From positions 2,016,001 to 2,080,000 of the forward strand of contig CAVSHF010000003.1 in NCBI GenBank assembly GCA_963727805.1: DNA of 64,000 nucleotides, written 5' to 3'. Source of the stretch: an uncultured Nitrospiraceae bacterium. GTDB lineage: Bacteria > Nitrospirota > Thermodesulfovibrionia > Thermodesulfovibrionales > Dissulfurispiraceae. The translations under genes were made by a program, and so were the position numbers. Under the pieces are notes generated by a model. It made no database searches, was not told the DNA's origin, and saw only the letters and a list, made by a program, of their open reading frames with translations. Positions 18,171 through 28,211 of this stretch are shown piece by piece. Numbering within the stretch: the first letter of the stretch is position 1; every line of letters starts with the position of its first letter.

Positions 18171-19606
18171 AAGGCATCGTTATAGCAGGAACGCACAGCG
18201 GCTGTGGCAAGACGACGGTTACCCTCGGCCTGCTTGCCGCGCTGGTGGACAAGGGCATAACCGTCCAGTCTTTTAAGGCCGGACCTGATTTTATCGACGC
18301 CGGCATTCACCGGCTCGCGACTGGAAGACAGGCGATTAATCTCGACCTCTGGATGTGTGGCGAAGAGGGGGTTAGTAATTCGTTCTGCCGTTACGCACGT
18401 CTTGGCGAAATCGCTGTTGTAGAAGGTGTTATGGGCATGTTTGACGGTACTCAGGGGACCGCATCGCTTGCAGCAATGCTCGGCATGTCGGTAGTCCTTG
18501 TCGTCGATGCTTATGGCATGGCCGAAAGCGCCGGAGCACTTATCCGGGGATATGCCGAGTGGGCCACATCCAGCGGGGTCAGGCTAGCGGGTGTTATCTT
18601 CAACCGGGTTGGCTCCGAACGCCATTTCGAGAGGCTAAAGCGCGCTGTTCAGGATGTGGAGGTGCTTGGCTATCTGCCCAGAGATTCTGAAATCGAGATG
18701 CCTTCCCGCCATCTCGGCCTCGCAACTGCTGAGGAAATGCCTATAAGCCGTCAACAAGTCAGTTCGCTTGCAGCGTTAATCGAAAAGCATGTGCTAATCG
18801 ATAGAATCCTCGAACTGGCGACGATCGACGATGAATCATCGTGTGAGCGTTTCATTTCAAGGCCGGGCCGTGTCGCCATAACCATCCGCATCGCCATAGC
18901 CCGAGATATCGCTTTTTCATTCTACTATGATGAGAACCTCGACCTCCTACGCGAGGCTGGTGCTGAGATCGTCACCTTCAGCCCGTTGTGGGACAGCGAG
19001 CTTCCTGCCGGAACCAATGCGGTCTACCTTGGAGGCGGCTATCCGGAACTGCATGCTGAACAATTGTCTTCCAATGATGCAATGCGTTCAGCTATTCGGG
19101 AATGGGCAGCAGCAGGCGGGCCCATCTATGCAGAATGCGGAGGGTTGATGTATCTTTCAAAGGGTATCCGTGATTTCGAGGGACGATTTTTTGACATGGC
19201 AGGCGTTCTTCCTTTTGAAACAGCCATGCAGCGCCGGAGATCAAGTCTCGGCTACCGCGAGATCAAGCTCGGAAAGGACTGCATACTCGGTCGCGCAGGC
19301 GCGGCCCTTCGAGGGCATGAGTTCCATTATTCTGAAATCCTGTCCTGCCAGGATAGGATTTCCTCAGGCATCGAAAAGGTCTATGATGTCGCGGATGCGC
19401 AGGGTATCTCACGCGGAGTTGAAGGATACTATGTCGGTTCGGTCCTTGCCAGTTATGTACATGTGCATTTCGGCAGCAATCAGCGGACAGCACGTCACTT
19501 TGTCAATTTCATTAAAAAGAACGCCTGGACCAAACAGACATCACAACGAGACGGATGCCCCGTTGATCAGCACATTCAAAAAGAATCTAGGGAGGAAACG
19601 ATATGA
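18167..19606 (+). CDS. cbiA: cobyrinate a,c-diamide synthase
   Basis: SGCGKTT, FKAGPDFID, EGVMGMFDG, PSRHLGL, GGGYPE, AECGGLMYL, GHEFHYS. Confidence 0.95.
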   Translation: MKGIVIAGTHSGCGKTTVTLGLLAALVDKGITVQSFKAGPDFIDAGIHRLATGRQAINLDLWMCGEEGVSNSFCRYARLGEIAVVEGVMGMFDGTQGTASLAAMLGMSVVLVVDAYGMAESAGALIRGYAEWATSSGVRLAGVIFNRVGSERHFERLKRAVQDVEVLGYLPRDSEIEMPSRHLGLATAEEMPISRQQVSSLAALIEKHVLIDRILELATIDDESSCERFISRPGRVAITIRIAIARDIAFSFYYDENLDLLREAGAEIVTFSPLWDSELPAGTNAVYLGGGYPELHAEQLSSNDAMRSAIREWAAAGGPIYAECGGLMYLSKGIRDFEGRFFDMAGVLPFETAMQRRRSSLGYREIKLGKDCILGRAGAALRGHEFHYSEILSCQDRISSGIEKVYDVADAQGISRGVEGYYVGSVLASYVHVHFGSNQRTARHFVNFIKKNAWTKQTSQRDGCPVDQHIQKESREETI

Positions 19607-20625
19607 CCCAACCGAATACCGTCAGGACAATACCAGAACGGATCATCATCATAGGGCACGGCAGCCCCCGCAAAGAGGCAAACACCATCGAGTCCATTAC
19701 GGAACTCCTTCATGCCGCATTACATCCGGGCTGTAACAATCATTGCGTCAAGGGGGCCTATCTGCAGTTTTCGGAGCCTGATATTGACGCCGTCATCGAA
19801 AAGAGCATTAATGAAGGGGCTGGACGAATCATCCTGCATCCCTTCTTTTTGAATTCGGGTATGCATGTGACAAAGGATATTCCGGAACTAATCGATGCGG
19901 CACGGAAGAAATATCCAAGGGTCGAATTTATCTATACCGAGCCACTCGGTATGCACGAAAATCTCATCGCGGTCGTGAAGGAGCGCATTGCTGCGAGCGG
20001 CGGGTACGCTCCCTCAGAGATCGAAAAACGGAGCTTTGCGATCATCGGTGACGAAGCAGACCTGAGTGAGATTCCTGCAGACCGGATCCCAGTCATAAAG
20101 CGCGTTATTCATGCAACAGCGGATTTCGAGTTCGCACAGACACTTGCGTTTCATCCCGATGCGATTACAACCGGAATCGATGCAATACGGTCCGGCAAGA
20201 ATATTCTCACCGATGTCGAGATGGTGAGGACCGGAATAAACAAACGACTCATGTCGAAGTGGGGAGGAGAGGTTATCTGCATGATGCCAAGGCCGGAAGA
20301 AGTAAAGTCTGCAGATAACAGAACCAGGGCTGAAAAAGGGATCGAATCGGCCCTGGAAGGTGATCATGCTATTGGCATCATCGCGGTCGGCAACGCGCCA
20401 ACGGCCTTGCTGAAGGTGATTGAGATTTTCAACTCGCCCGCAGCCCCTTCCCCTTTCCCTTTAGTCATCGGCGTGCCAGTGGGCTTTGTGAAGGCGTTTG
20501 AATCAAAGGCACTGCTCGCATCGCAATCGTTCCCCTTCATTACAAATCTAAGCAGAAAAGGTGGCAGCCCCGTTGCTGTAGCAATTGTTAACGCTCTTTT
20601 AAAGATGGCTGCGGAGGGAATATGA
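19603..20625 (+). CDS. cbiC: fused CbiX-type cobaltochelatase and cobalt-precorrin-8 methylmutase (CbiC/CobH)
   Basis: N-terminal GHGSP..., PFFLNSGMHVTKDIP (CbiX); C-terminal IEKRSFAII, RVIHATADF, GNAPTAL, GVPVGFV, RKGGSPVA (CbiC). Confidence 0.9.
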   Translation: MTQPNTVRTIPERIIIIGHGSPRKEANTIESITELLHAALHPGCNNHCVKGAYLQFSEPDIDAVIEKSINEGAGRIILHPFFLNSGMHVTKDIPELIDAARKKYPRVEFIYTEPLGMHENLIAVVKERIAASGGYAPSEIEKRSFAIIGDEADLSEIPADRIPVIKRVIHATADFEFAQTLAFHPDAITTGIDAIRSGKNILTDVEMVRTGINKRLMSKWGGEVICMMPRPEEVKSADNRTRAEKGIESALEGDHAIGIIAVGNAPTALLKVIEIFNSPAAPSPFPLVIGVPVGFVKAFESKALLASQSFPFITNLSRKGGSPVAVAIVNALLKMAAEGI

Positions 20626-21383
20626 AAAGACTGAATCCTGCTATACTTCTGGGCTCTTATGCAGTTGCCGTGTTGATTTTTCTTGTCCCCGGCAACGCAC
20701 TCGCCATGCATATTTCCGAAGGCCTGCTGCCTTTTAACTGGGCAGTGCTCTGGTTTGCCGTCGCCCTCCCCTTCGTTGGTTATGGATTATACCGACTGAA
20801 GAAGACATCAGAGACCGATCTGTCATTCAAGCCACTTGTGGGCTTGATGGCGGCGGTAGTTTTCATCATCTCCTGTATGCCCATACCCGTCCCGACTGCT
20901 GGCACGTGCTCGCACCCCTGCGGTACAGGAATGTCAGGGATCCTTCTCGGACCTGCAATCAGCATTGTTATCACTGCGGCGGCACTGCTTATCCAGGCGC
21001 TCTTCCTCTCCCACGGCGGCCTGACTACGTGGGGTGCGAATATTGTTTCCATGGGGGTAGCGGGTTCTTTTGCGGGATATTTGACCTTTAAGGGACTGCG
21101 ATCAATAAGATTATCGATACCTGTTGCTGGGTTCCTTGCTGGGCTGTTTGCGGATTGGGCAACATACCTCGCTACCTCCGCTGAACTCGCTTCAGGCATA
21201 AGAGGAGACTCTCCGTTCATGCCTCTTTTATGGAATATCCTCGTCGCCTTCATTCCGACGCAGCTTCCCCTTGGTATCCTGGAAGGGGCTATGACGGCAG
21301 GGATGGTCATGCTCCTTTCGAAAAAGAGACCTGATCTTCTAGTGAAAATGCATGTCCTTAAACCGGAGGAAGTAGCGTCATGA
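20622..21383 (+). CDS. cbiM: cobalt ECF transporter S component
   Basis: Signal peptide then MHISEGLLP, GTCSHPCG, LFLSHGGLTT, TQLPLGILEG. Confidence 0.95.
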   Translation: MKRLNPAILLGSYAVAVLIFLVPGNALAMHISEGLLPFNWAVLWFAVALPFVGYGLYRLKKTSETDLSFKPLVGLMAAVVFIISCMPIPVPTAGTCSHPCGTGMSGILLGPAISIVITAAALLIQALFLSHGGLTTWGANIVSMGVAGSFAGYLTFKGLRSIRLSIPVAGFLAGLFADWATYLATSAELASGIRGDSPFMPLLWNILVAFIPTQLPLGILEGAMTAGMVMLLSKKRPDLLVKMHVLKPEEVAS

Positions 21384-21703
21384 AAAAACAACACTCGCCA
21401 GACAATAGACTCTGCTGCCGTACATTTCTCCTGGCGATAGCGCTTGCAGCCTGCTTAGTATCCTCTGTTGTCGCATCCGAAAAATGGCAGGGCGTCGATG
21501 AGTCCGTCGTACAAAAAGTCGCAAAGGAGCACGGCAGGGAAGCATGGGAACCATTCATAAACACCGATCAGGGCGACCTGCTTCTCTTTGTCTTCCTCCT
21601 TGCAGGGTCGATTGGAGGATTTGCGGCAGGATATTACTGGAGAATACTCATGGTTGAAAAAGCACCCAAAAGAAAAAAAGAAGAACAAAAATTTACCGAC
21701 TGA
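21380..21703 (+). CDS. cbiN: cobalt ECF transporter small component (CbiN-like)
   Basis: WQGVDESVV...EPFINTDQGDLLLFVFLLAG; between cbiM and cbiQ. Confidence 0.7.
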   Translation: MKKQHSPDNRLCCRTFLLAIALAACLVSSVVASEKWQGVDESVVQKVAKEHGREAWEPFINTDQGDLLLFVFLLAGSIGGFAAGYYWRILMVEKAPKRKKEEQKFTD

Positions 21704-21771
21704 CTTTAGTGCGAATGTGCAGGCCGTATTCTAATGGTCCTGCATATCCGCCTATGTACAAGGACTACTGA

Positions 21772-22524
21772 ATGGAACTTTTTTCTGAATACTTTAAGAA
21801 AGAGAATCAACTCTCAAGGACCGATGCAAGGATAAAGCTCATTGTCGCTATCATCCTTCTCATGATGGTGGTGAGTTATAAAGGATATGCATTCCCTCTT
21901 TTTGTGGCCCTTTGCGGGCTCATACTGTGCATTAAGATGAAGATTCCTCTCAGGATATTTGCCCTGCGATTTTCGGAGCCGCTGTTGATTGCCCTGGTTT
22001 TGATTGCGCTCAAGTTATTCTTTTCAGGAAACGAAGTCTTATTTTCGCTGCATATTTCCAGCCTGGCGATAACCGCCTATAAAGACGGACTTATCGACGG
22101 TCTGATGATTGCGTGCAGGATAATCGGAGCGGTAACCATTGTGGCAGTACTGGGCTTCGCCACTCCCTTTACTGAACTCATGGCTGGCCTCTCATGGATG
22201 AGGGTCCCCAGGGGCTTCATTGAGATTTTAATGTTTGCATACCGATATATTTTTGTACTCTTTGACGACGCTATGGTGATCTACAATGCGCAGAAAAACC
22301 GCCTCGGCTACTCGTCTATCGGGCGCGGACTAAGCTCTTTCGGCACTCTGGCAGGATCCCTAACGCTGAAGGCATTCGAGAACAGTGAAAATACTACCGT
22401 TGCAATGGTGCAAAGAGGATACGCCGGCAATATTCCCATGCTGAAGCACAAACCCTTCAGGGCCCCGGAAGTGTTCTGCTCAATCCTTATTGTAGTTATT
22501 ATGGGGGCGGTTTGGAAGATATGA
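21772..22524 (+). CDS. cbiQ: cobalt ECF transporter T component
   Basis: DARIKL, TPFTEL, MFAYRYIFVL, AQKNRLGY, AMVQRGY. Confidence 0.92.
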   Translation: MELFSEYFKKENQLSRTDARIKLIVAIILLMMVVSYKGYAFPLFVALCGLILCIKMKIPLRIFALRFSEPLLIALVLIALKLFFSGNEVLFSLHISSLAITAYKDGLIDGLMIACRIIGAVTIVAVLGFATPFTELMAGLSWMRVPRGFIEILMFAYRYIFVLFDDAMVIYNAQKNRLGYSSIGRGLSSFGTLAGSLTLKAFENSENTTVAMVQRGYAGNIPMLKHKPFRAPEVFCSILIVVIMGAVWKI

Positions 22525-23417
22525 ATAACGAACTGATCTCTGATAAAAAAGCCAGCCCTCAAGTCGCCAAACCATATATACGTTTGTCTGTTAAGGTAGA
22601 TTCATTTGCCTATCCTGACAGAACTCAGGCGCTATCGAAAATAGCGCTCGAAATAGAGCGGGGAGAATTTGCGGGAATACTCGGCTCGAACGGCTCAGGG
22701 AAAACGACTCTCCTCAAAGTAATGGATGGACTGGTGAAGGATTTTAAAGGCCGCGTTCTCCTTGACGGCATGGATTTACGAAAGCTCTCCCCGAAAGAAA
22801 TTTACAGGAAGGTCGGCCTTGTATTCCAGAATCCCGATGACCAGCTCTTTGCTCCCACTGTTTTTGAAGACGTTGCATTCGGGCCCACCAACATGGGATT
22901 TTCTGAAAAGGAAGTCGCAGACAGGGTTGGCAATGCCCTTGTCAATGTAGAGATGGAAGGCTATGCCAGGAAATCGATTCATAACCTCAGCTTTGGACAG
23001 AAAAAGAGAATCTGCATAGCCGGTCTCCTTGCGATGGGACATGAGATATTGCTGCTGGATGAACCGACGGCGGGGCTCGATCCCATGGGTGAATACAAAA
23101 TGATGGACCTTCTCCGAAAGCTGAACAGCGAGAATGGAGTGACCATCGTCATGGCCACCCACAGTGTCGATCTGGTCCCTCTTTTTCTGCATAAACTTTT
23201 CATATTGAGCAAGGGCACCGTCGTAAGAGGAGGGACGCCTGAAGCTGTGTTTACAGCACCCGAAGAGATGTCGAGTGTTAAACTCAGATTACCTCATATT
23301 GCCGAATTGATCCACAGCCTCAAGCATCAGGACAAAATCCCCTTCGACAAAATACCCCTTACTGTCGGAGAAGCGAGAAGGGAAATCTTAAAAGTGATCT
23401 CAGAATCAAAAAGATAA
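22521..23417 (+). CDS. cbiO: cobalt ECF transporter ATPase
   Basis: GSNGSGKTT, VFQNPDDQLF, LSFGQKKR, LDEPTAGLDP. Confidence 0.92.
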   Translation: MNNELISDKKASPQVAKPYIRLSVKVDSFAYPDRTQALSKIALEIERGEFAGILGSNGSGKTTLLKVMDGLVKDFKGRVLLDGMDLRKLSPKEIYRKVGLVFQNPDDQLFAPTVFEDVAFGPTNMGFSEKEVADRVGNALVNVEMEGYARKSIHNLSFGQKKRICIAGLLAMGHEILLLDEPTAGLDPMGEYKMMDLLRKLNSENGVTIVMATHSVDLVPLFLHKLFILSKGTVVRGGTPEAVFTAPEEMSSVKLRLPHIAELIHSLKHQDKIPFDKIPLTVGEARREILKVISESKR

Positions 23418-23421
23418 TGGC

Positions 23422-23940
23422 ATGAGGAAAGGATACATTCAAGTTTATACCGGCATCGGAAAGGGCAAGACGACTGCAGCCCTTGGTTTGGCTATGCGTG
23501 CAGCGGGTGCCGGACACAAGGTCTTCTTCGCTCAGTTTGTCAAGAAGACAAAGTGCAGCGAACATAGGGCGCTGGAGCGATTCGCCGACCTCATTACTCT
23601 CAGGCAATTCGGTACCGGCTTTATCAGGGGCGGTAAAACGACAAAGTCCCAGTTGGAAGCTGCGAGACACGGGTTTGAAGAAGTGGATAAAATCATATCT
23701 TCTTCATTGTATGATGTCGTGATTCTGGATGAAATCAACATTGCTGTACATTATGGACTTATCGATGTCCAGGATGTTCTGGATATCCTCGATTCCAAGC
23801 CACCTCCTGTAGAGATCGTCCTTACCGGCCGCTATGCCAATGAACGAATAATCGAGAGGGCGGATCTCGTCACCGAAATGAAAGAGATCAGGCATTATAT
23901 GCATAAAGGCATCAAGGCAAGAAAAGGCATAGAGTTTTAG
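23422..23940 (+). CDS. cobO: corrinoid adenosyltransferase (CobO/BtuR type)
   Basis: VYTGIGKGKTTAALG, ILDEIN, VLTGR, ADLVTEM, ARKGIEF. Confidence 0.93.
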   Translation: MRKGYIQVYTGIGKGKTTAALGLAMRAAGAGHKVFFAQFVKKTKCSEHRALERFADLITLRQFGTGFIRGGKTTKSQLEAARHGFEEVDKIISSSLYDVVILDEINIAVHYGLIDVQDVLDILDSKPPPVEIVLTGRYANERIIERADLVTEMKEIRHYMHKGIKARKGIEF

Positions 23941-25134
23941 ATGCGGAGAAAAGTACTTCGTTCGGGATACACTACCGGTGCTTGCGCTGCCGCCGCCGCA
24001 AAAGCGGCTACGATACTCATACTCAGCGCGGAAATGCGGAAGCGCGGAGGAACGGAAAGACAACTCAGTGCAGCCGAAGTTGATATTCTTCTTCCCAGCG
24101 GAGACAGAGCACTGTTCACAATTCATAATACAGGATATCGCACTCAAGACAATGCCGCATTTGCTTCTGTTATCAAAGATGCGGGGGACGATCCTGATGT
24201 CACCAACGGCGCCGAAATAGTTGCAGAAGCGCGCTTTCTTTATAAGCGCGAGAGACTTGAAGCAATAGGGCCTGTACTTTCCGGACTTACAAAATTCCAG
24301 ACTCCAGAGCTTATTATAAAAGGGGGTAATGGCGTCGGGAGTGTAACGAAGCCCGGGCTTGCCGTTCCAGTGGGAGGCCCCGCAATTAATCCCGTCCCTC
24401 GCAGGATGATACAAAACGCCGTGTATGAAGCGTTATCAGCCATGACTCCACATTCTGAAATCCGAGACTTCCGCGCCTCGGATCATATTGTCGAGATCAC
24501 CATCTCGGTCACTGACGGCGAACTCCTCGCAAAAAAAACGCTCAATGAAAGGCTCGGTATTATCGGTGGCCTCTCGATTCTCGGAACGACGGGCATTGTC
24601 CGGCCTCTTTCATCCGAGGCGTGGACAGCGACGATTGCCTCATCGTTGGATGTGGCTAAAGCGATGGGACGCAGTGAGATCGTGCTCTCCGCGGGGAGGA
24701 CTTCCGAAAGAGCTCACATGAAGCGATACGGCCTGCCTGAGGAATCATATATAATGATGGGGGATTATCTGGAGTTTGCTCTATGCGAAACAGTGAAACG
24801 CGGCTTTTCAAGAATCTATTTATGCGCGCAGTGGGCGAAGATGCTCAAGATCGCGATGGCGACACCGCAAACGCATGTACGGCATGGTGCTATTGATATG
24901 GGGAAAACGGTCAGGTTCCTGAACATACTCGGCATGATAATCCCACAGGACGTTGTGTTCAATACAGCCCGCGAGATTTTCGATTACCTTCGTACGAATT
25001 CAGAGAATCCCGAACAGGAACTAATAAGGGTCTGCCATGCCGCGCATTCTTATGCTGCCGGCATCGCAGACCCCGTTAAAGTCACTGCACTTCTTGTGTC
25101 ATATGATGGAGAGATTATAGCGTGTAGTGTTTGA
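23941..25134 (+). CDS. cbiD: cobalt-precorrin-5B C1-methyltransferase
   Basis: LRSGYTTGACAAAA, KDAGDDPDVT, AINPVPR, TLNERLGIIGGLSILGTTGIV. Confidence 0.95.
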   Translation: MRRKVLRSGYTTGACAAAAAKAATILILSAEMRKRGGTERQLSAAEVDILLPSGDRALFTIHNTGYRTQDNAAFASVIKDAGDDPDVTNGAEIVAEARFLYKRERLEAIGPVLSGLTKFQTPELIIKGGNGVGSVTKPGLAVPVGGPAINPVPRRMIQNAVYEALSAMTPHSEIRDFRASDHIVEITISVTDGELLAKKTLNERLGIIGGLSILGTTGIVRPLSSEAWTATIASSLDVAKAMGRSEIVLSAGRTSERAHMKRYGLPEESYIMMGDYLEFALCETVKRGFSRIYLCAQWAKMLKIAMATPQTHVRHGAIDMGKTVRFLNILGMIIPQDVVFNTAREIFDYLRTNSENPEQELIRVCHAAHSYAAGIADPVKVTALLVSYDGEIIACSV

Positions 25135-25181
25135 CGTCCTGTCAGTATAAGCGCAAAATATCTCTCTCAGTTGCCGCAGAT

Positions 25182-25418
25182 CTATTTGAGCTTCTTTTTG
25201 ACCGTTTTCGTCGCAGCAGAAACCTTCTTCGCTGCCTTTTTCTCAATGGCCTTCACCTTTTTTACAACCTTTTTCTCGGCGGTTTTTGCAACCTTCGTTA
25301 CTTTCTTGACGACCTTTTTTACAGCCTTAACTGCAGGGGCTGCTTTCTTCACTACTTTTTTCTCAGCAGCCTTCACCGTCTTTACCGCCTTCTTTACAAC
25401 TTTTTTTGCTACTGGCAT
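25182..25418 (-). CDS. Lys/Val/Ala-rich histone H1-like basic protein
   Basis: 31 Lys in 78 aa, repeated KKVVKK/AEKK units; GGGAGG RBS upstream. Confidence 0.7.
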   Translation of the reverse strand: MPVAKKVVKKAVKTVKAAEKKVVKKAAPAVKAVKKVVKKVTKVAKTAEKKVVKKVKAIEKKAAKKVSAATKTVKKKLK

Positions 25419-25786
25419 TATGCGCCCTCCCTGATCATTGATGAGATGCTGATGTTATCAAACATCGCTCTAAGCAGAATTATCGCCGAATGTTCCGTCT
25501 CTTGTCAATGAAAATTATGCTTAACTTCAACTGCTTACGCATTTTAATTTCTTGTAGCATCAAAGTCAATCCCTTGACTATCAATGATTCGCGGCCTAAT
25601 TCCTCATCGCGTGATAAAATTAACTATTTCTCACTTCACAAAAAAACCACTAAAAGCTTAAAATAGAATACTCGCGCGCAGACAGCGACATGATCGAAAA
25701 GCATAAGAGACTGCACTTCAGCAGACAGACAGTCTGGGTCAGGGGTGATGTAATGTACCAATAAGTTGTGTAAGAAGGAGTTCTTA

Positions 25787-26215
25787 ATGAAACAAGTGGA
25801 AGACGGAAGCACCATTAAAATTCACTATACGGGAAGGCTTGATGACGGCACCGTATTCGATTCATCAAAGGAACGCGAGCCGCTGGAGTTCACCATGGGC
25901 AGCGGAGGTATTATAAAAGGCTTTGAAGACGCAGTAAGGGGAATGGCAGTCGGCGAGATGAAAACAATTAGGATCATTTCCGGCGAGGCATATGGTCCTT
26001 ACAGGGATGATCTCGTGATGAGCATCAACAAGGCCCAGCTCCCCCCGGACATCGAAGCCAAGCAAGGTGTCGTGCTTTCTCTTAGACATCCAAACGGAAG
26101 GACGATCGATGCGCTAATCGCTGAGGTAACCGCTGAATCGGTGACTCTCGATGCAAACCATCCGCTGGCGGGCGAGGATCTTACTTTTGAACTTGAGCTT
26201 GTCGAAATCGCATAA
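25787..26215 (+). CDS. FKBP-type peptidyl-prolyl isomerase (SlyD/FkpB-like, no His tail)
   Basis: IHYTGRLDDGTVFDSS, EAYG, LDANHPLAG; AAGGAG RBS. Confidence 0.92.
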   Translation: MKQVEDGSTIKIHYTGRLDDGTVFDSSKEREPLEFTMGSGGIIKGFEDAVRGMAVGEMKTIRIISGEAYGPYRDDLVMSINKAQLPPDIEAKQGVVLSLRHPNGRTIDALIAEVTAESVTLDANHPLAGEDLTFELELVEIA

Positions 26216-26263
26216 CTCAGAATATCCCTTGGTTGCGAGGGCGTATTCATACAGTATCTCATC

Positions 26264-27586
26264 ATGTCAAAAATATTTGTTATTGGTATAGGGTATAAGC
26301 CGCTCGGGCAAAGAGCTCGGGGAATAATCCTGAACTCGGTGACCATACTTGCGTCCAACCGGCTTCTTGATGTCTTTGCGCGATATGAAGAATATAGCGC
26401 GGTAAAGGAACGAGTCAAAGTTATCAACAGTGTTAACGGAACGATCGATTTCATAAAGTCTGCGCTCCATGATGATGAGACATCGAACATCATCCTTCTC
26501 GCTTCCGGTGATCCCCTGTTCTTTGGTATCGGGAGGAGAGCAGTCGAAGAGATCGGCAAGGATAGGGTAGAAATCATTCCAGATCTCTCAAGCATCCAGC
26601 TCGCATTTGCGCATATTAAAGAACCCTGGGACGATGCCCTTTTGATAAGCCTGCACGGAGGCCCTGATCCAAATAGGAGAAGAAAGCTCGAATATCAACT
26701 TCGGGACCTGCCGTCGCTTCTCGCGATGAGCAAGAAAATTGCCATCCTAACTGACAAGGTGAATAATCCTGCCGTCATCGCCCAAACTCTTCTCGATGCT
26801 CAGGAACATCCAGAGCACCTCGATTCCACACTCAAAATATATGTCTGCGAAAAACTGGGCTACCCTGATGAGAAGATAACCGAGGGAACTACTTCAGTAG
26901 TCGCTTCACAATCCTTTTCTGACCCCAATGTGGTCATCATTGTAAACGATGCGAAAAATGAGGAGCACGGAAGATCAGAAATTAAAAACCTTAATGCAAC
27001 TGAAATCTGCACAAGTTCCCGCATCAGGTTTGGATTAACCGAAAACGCGATACTCCATTCGCGAGGATTGATCACCAAGGATGAGGTACGAGCGGTGACT
27101 CTACACAAGTTGCAACTCCCTGAGGCCGGGGTGTTTTGGGACATCGGTGCGGGCTCAGGCTCGGTATCGCTAGAAGCCGCCCGGCTTTTTCCTAGACTCA
27201 GCGTATTTGCCGTCGAGCGGGATGAAGAGCAGATTAAAAACATGACTGCCAACCGGGAGAGATTTCAGGTGCTAAACACCACTATACTGCGTGGTTCAGC
27301 TCCTGACACATTGACTGAACTTCCCTCTCCCAACAGGGTCTTCATCGGAGGAAGCGGGGGAAGCATCGGCGCCATAATCGAGATGACCGGGAAGAAAATG
27401 AAAAGCGGCATCATCGTGGTCAACGCCACAACGGTAGAGACCCTCAACCTCGCTATTGAAGCGCTCAAGCGGGCAGACTATTTTGTTGAGGTATCTCAGA
27501 TTTCAGTGTCCCGCATGAAATCAATTGGCGACGGCCATTTCTTTTCAGCGCAAAACCCCGTCTTTGTGATTAAAGGTGAAAAGTAA
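26264..27586 (+). CDS. cbiET: bifunctional cobalt-precorrin-7/6B methyltransferase (CbiE-CbiT fusion, CobL-like)
   Basis: LASGDPLFFGIG, SLHG, ITKDEVRA, WDIGAGSGSV, VFIGGSGG, AQNPV. Confidence 0.92.
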   Translation: MSKIFVIGIGYKPLGQRARGIILNSVTILASNRLLDVFARYEEYSAVKERVKVINSVNGTIDFIKSALHDDETSNIILLASGDPLFFGIGRRAVEEIGKDRVEIIPDLSSIQLAFAHIKEPWDDALLISLHGGPDPNRRRKLEYQLRDLPSLLAMSKKIAILTDKVNNPAVIAQTLLDAQEHPEHLDSTLKIYVCEKLGYPDEKITEGTTSVVASQSFSDPNVVIIVNDAKNEEHGRSEIKNLNATEICTSSRIRFGLTENAILHSRGLITKDEVRAVTLHKLQLPEAGVFWDIGAGSGSVSLEAARLFPRLSVFAVERDEEQIKNMTANRERFQVLNTTILRGSAPDTLTELPSPNRVFIGGSGGSIGAIIEMTGKKMKSGIIVVNATTVETLNLAIEALKRADYFVEVSQISVSRMKSIGDGHFFSAQNPVFVIKGEK

Positions 27587-27654
27587 GCACCGAGAACATG
27601 CCGGGGGGATAGCGGCATCTTTAACCACAAATATTTATGACGAAGGAGAAGGTG

Positions 27655-27850
27655 AGCCTTTGACCAGAGACAATTCTGCTTTGATAGCTTGACTCTTTTC
27701 CTCAGTTCCTAATCTCTGTCCGTTCCTCTTCATATCAGCTATATGCTTTAGCCGCTGCGAAATAGCTTATCCATCCGAAATATTCTCCAATCTCTTTGTT
27801 TGTTGCTCCTGCAGAGTTCTTGTCAAGTACAGATAGCAGCTTTTGTTGGC
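27655..27850 (-). pseudogene. degenerate C-terminal HTH (DnaA-C-like) fragment of a Y1/REP-associated tyrosine transposase
   Basis: Minus-strand reading KNSAGATNKEIGEYFGWISYFAAAKAYS* with flanking stops/frameshifts resembles the 'TNREIGELFGGISYSAV' tail of such transposases. Confidence 0.45.
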
Positions 27851-27940
27851 TCAGCGGACCCATGGTATGCAATTATATCTTTAGATATTATTTAGGCCGT
27901 TGGTATTAGAGCACGAATCTGCTCCATTTCATAAGGCCTG

Positions 27941-28093
27941 TTAAATTCTTTTCATTCCGGCTACGAGCTGAGAAGTTAGTGATTTGCCAGAGCCAGAAAA
28001 CCCGAATAGCACGGCAAGCTTATTGCCTATTTGCCGGGAAACATCCAGCGCGAAACCTTTTACTGCTTTCTTGACCGAAACTGACACGCCTAT
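27941..28093 (-). pseudogene. 5' fragment of ModC-like ABC ATPase
   Basis: VSVKKAVKGFALDV...LAVLFGFSGSGKSLT.Q.VAG Walker A, truncated right after. Confidence 0.6.
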
Positions 28094-28211
28094 CAGAAAA
28101 TCCTCTTGCCGTGAGCGTTGTGGGTGCTTGACCATGGAGAAGGTTGCTAAAGCAATCCACAAATCCCCAGGTTTTTAGACTTGGGGATTTGCTTTTCGTT
28201 TTCACGCAGTA

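Noticed and set aside
25171..25434. Plus-strand Phe/Thr/Ala-rich ORF
   Set aside because: Reverse-complement artefact of the Lys-rich gene, which has the RBS
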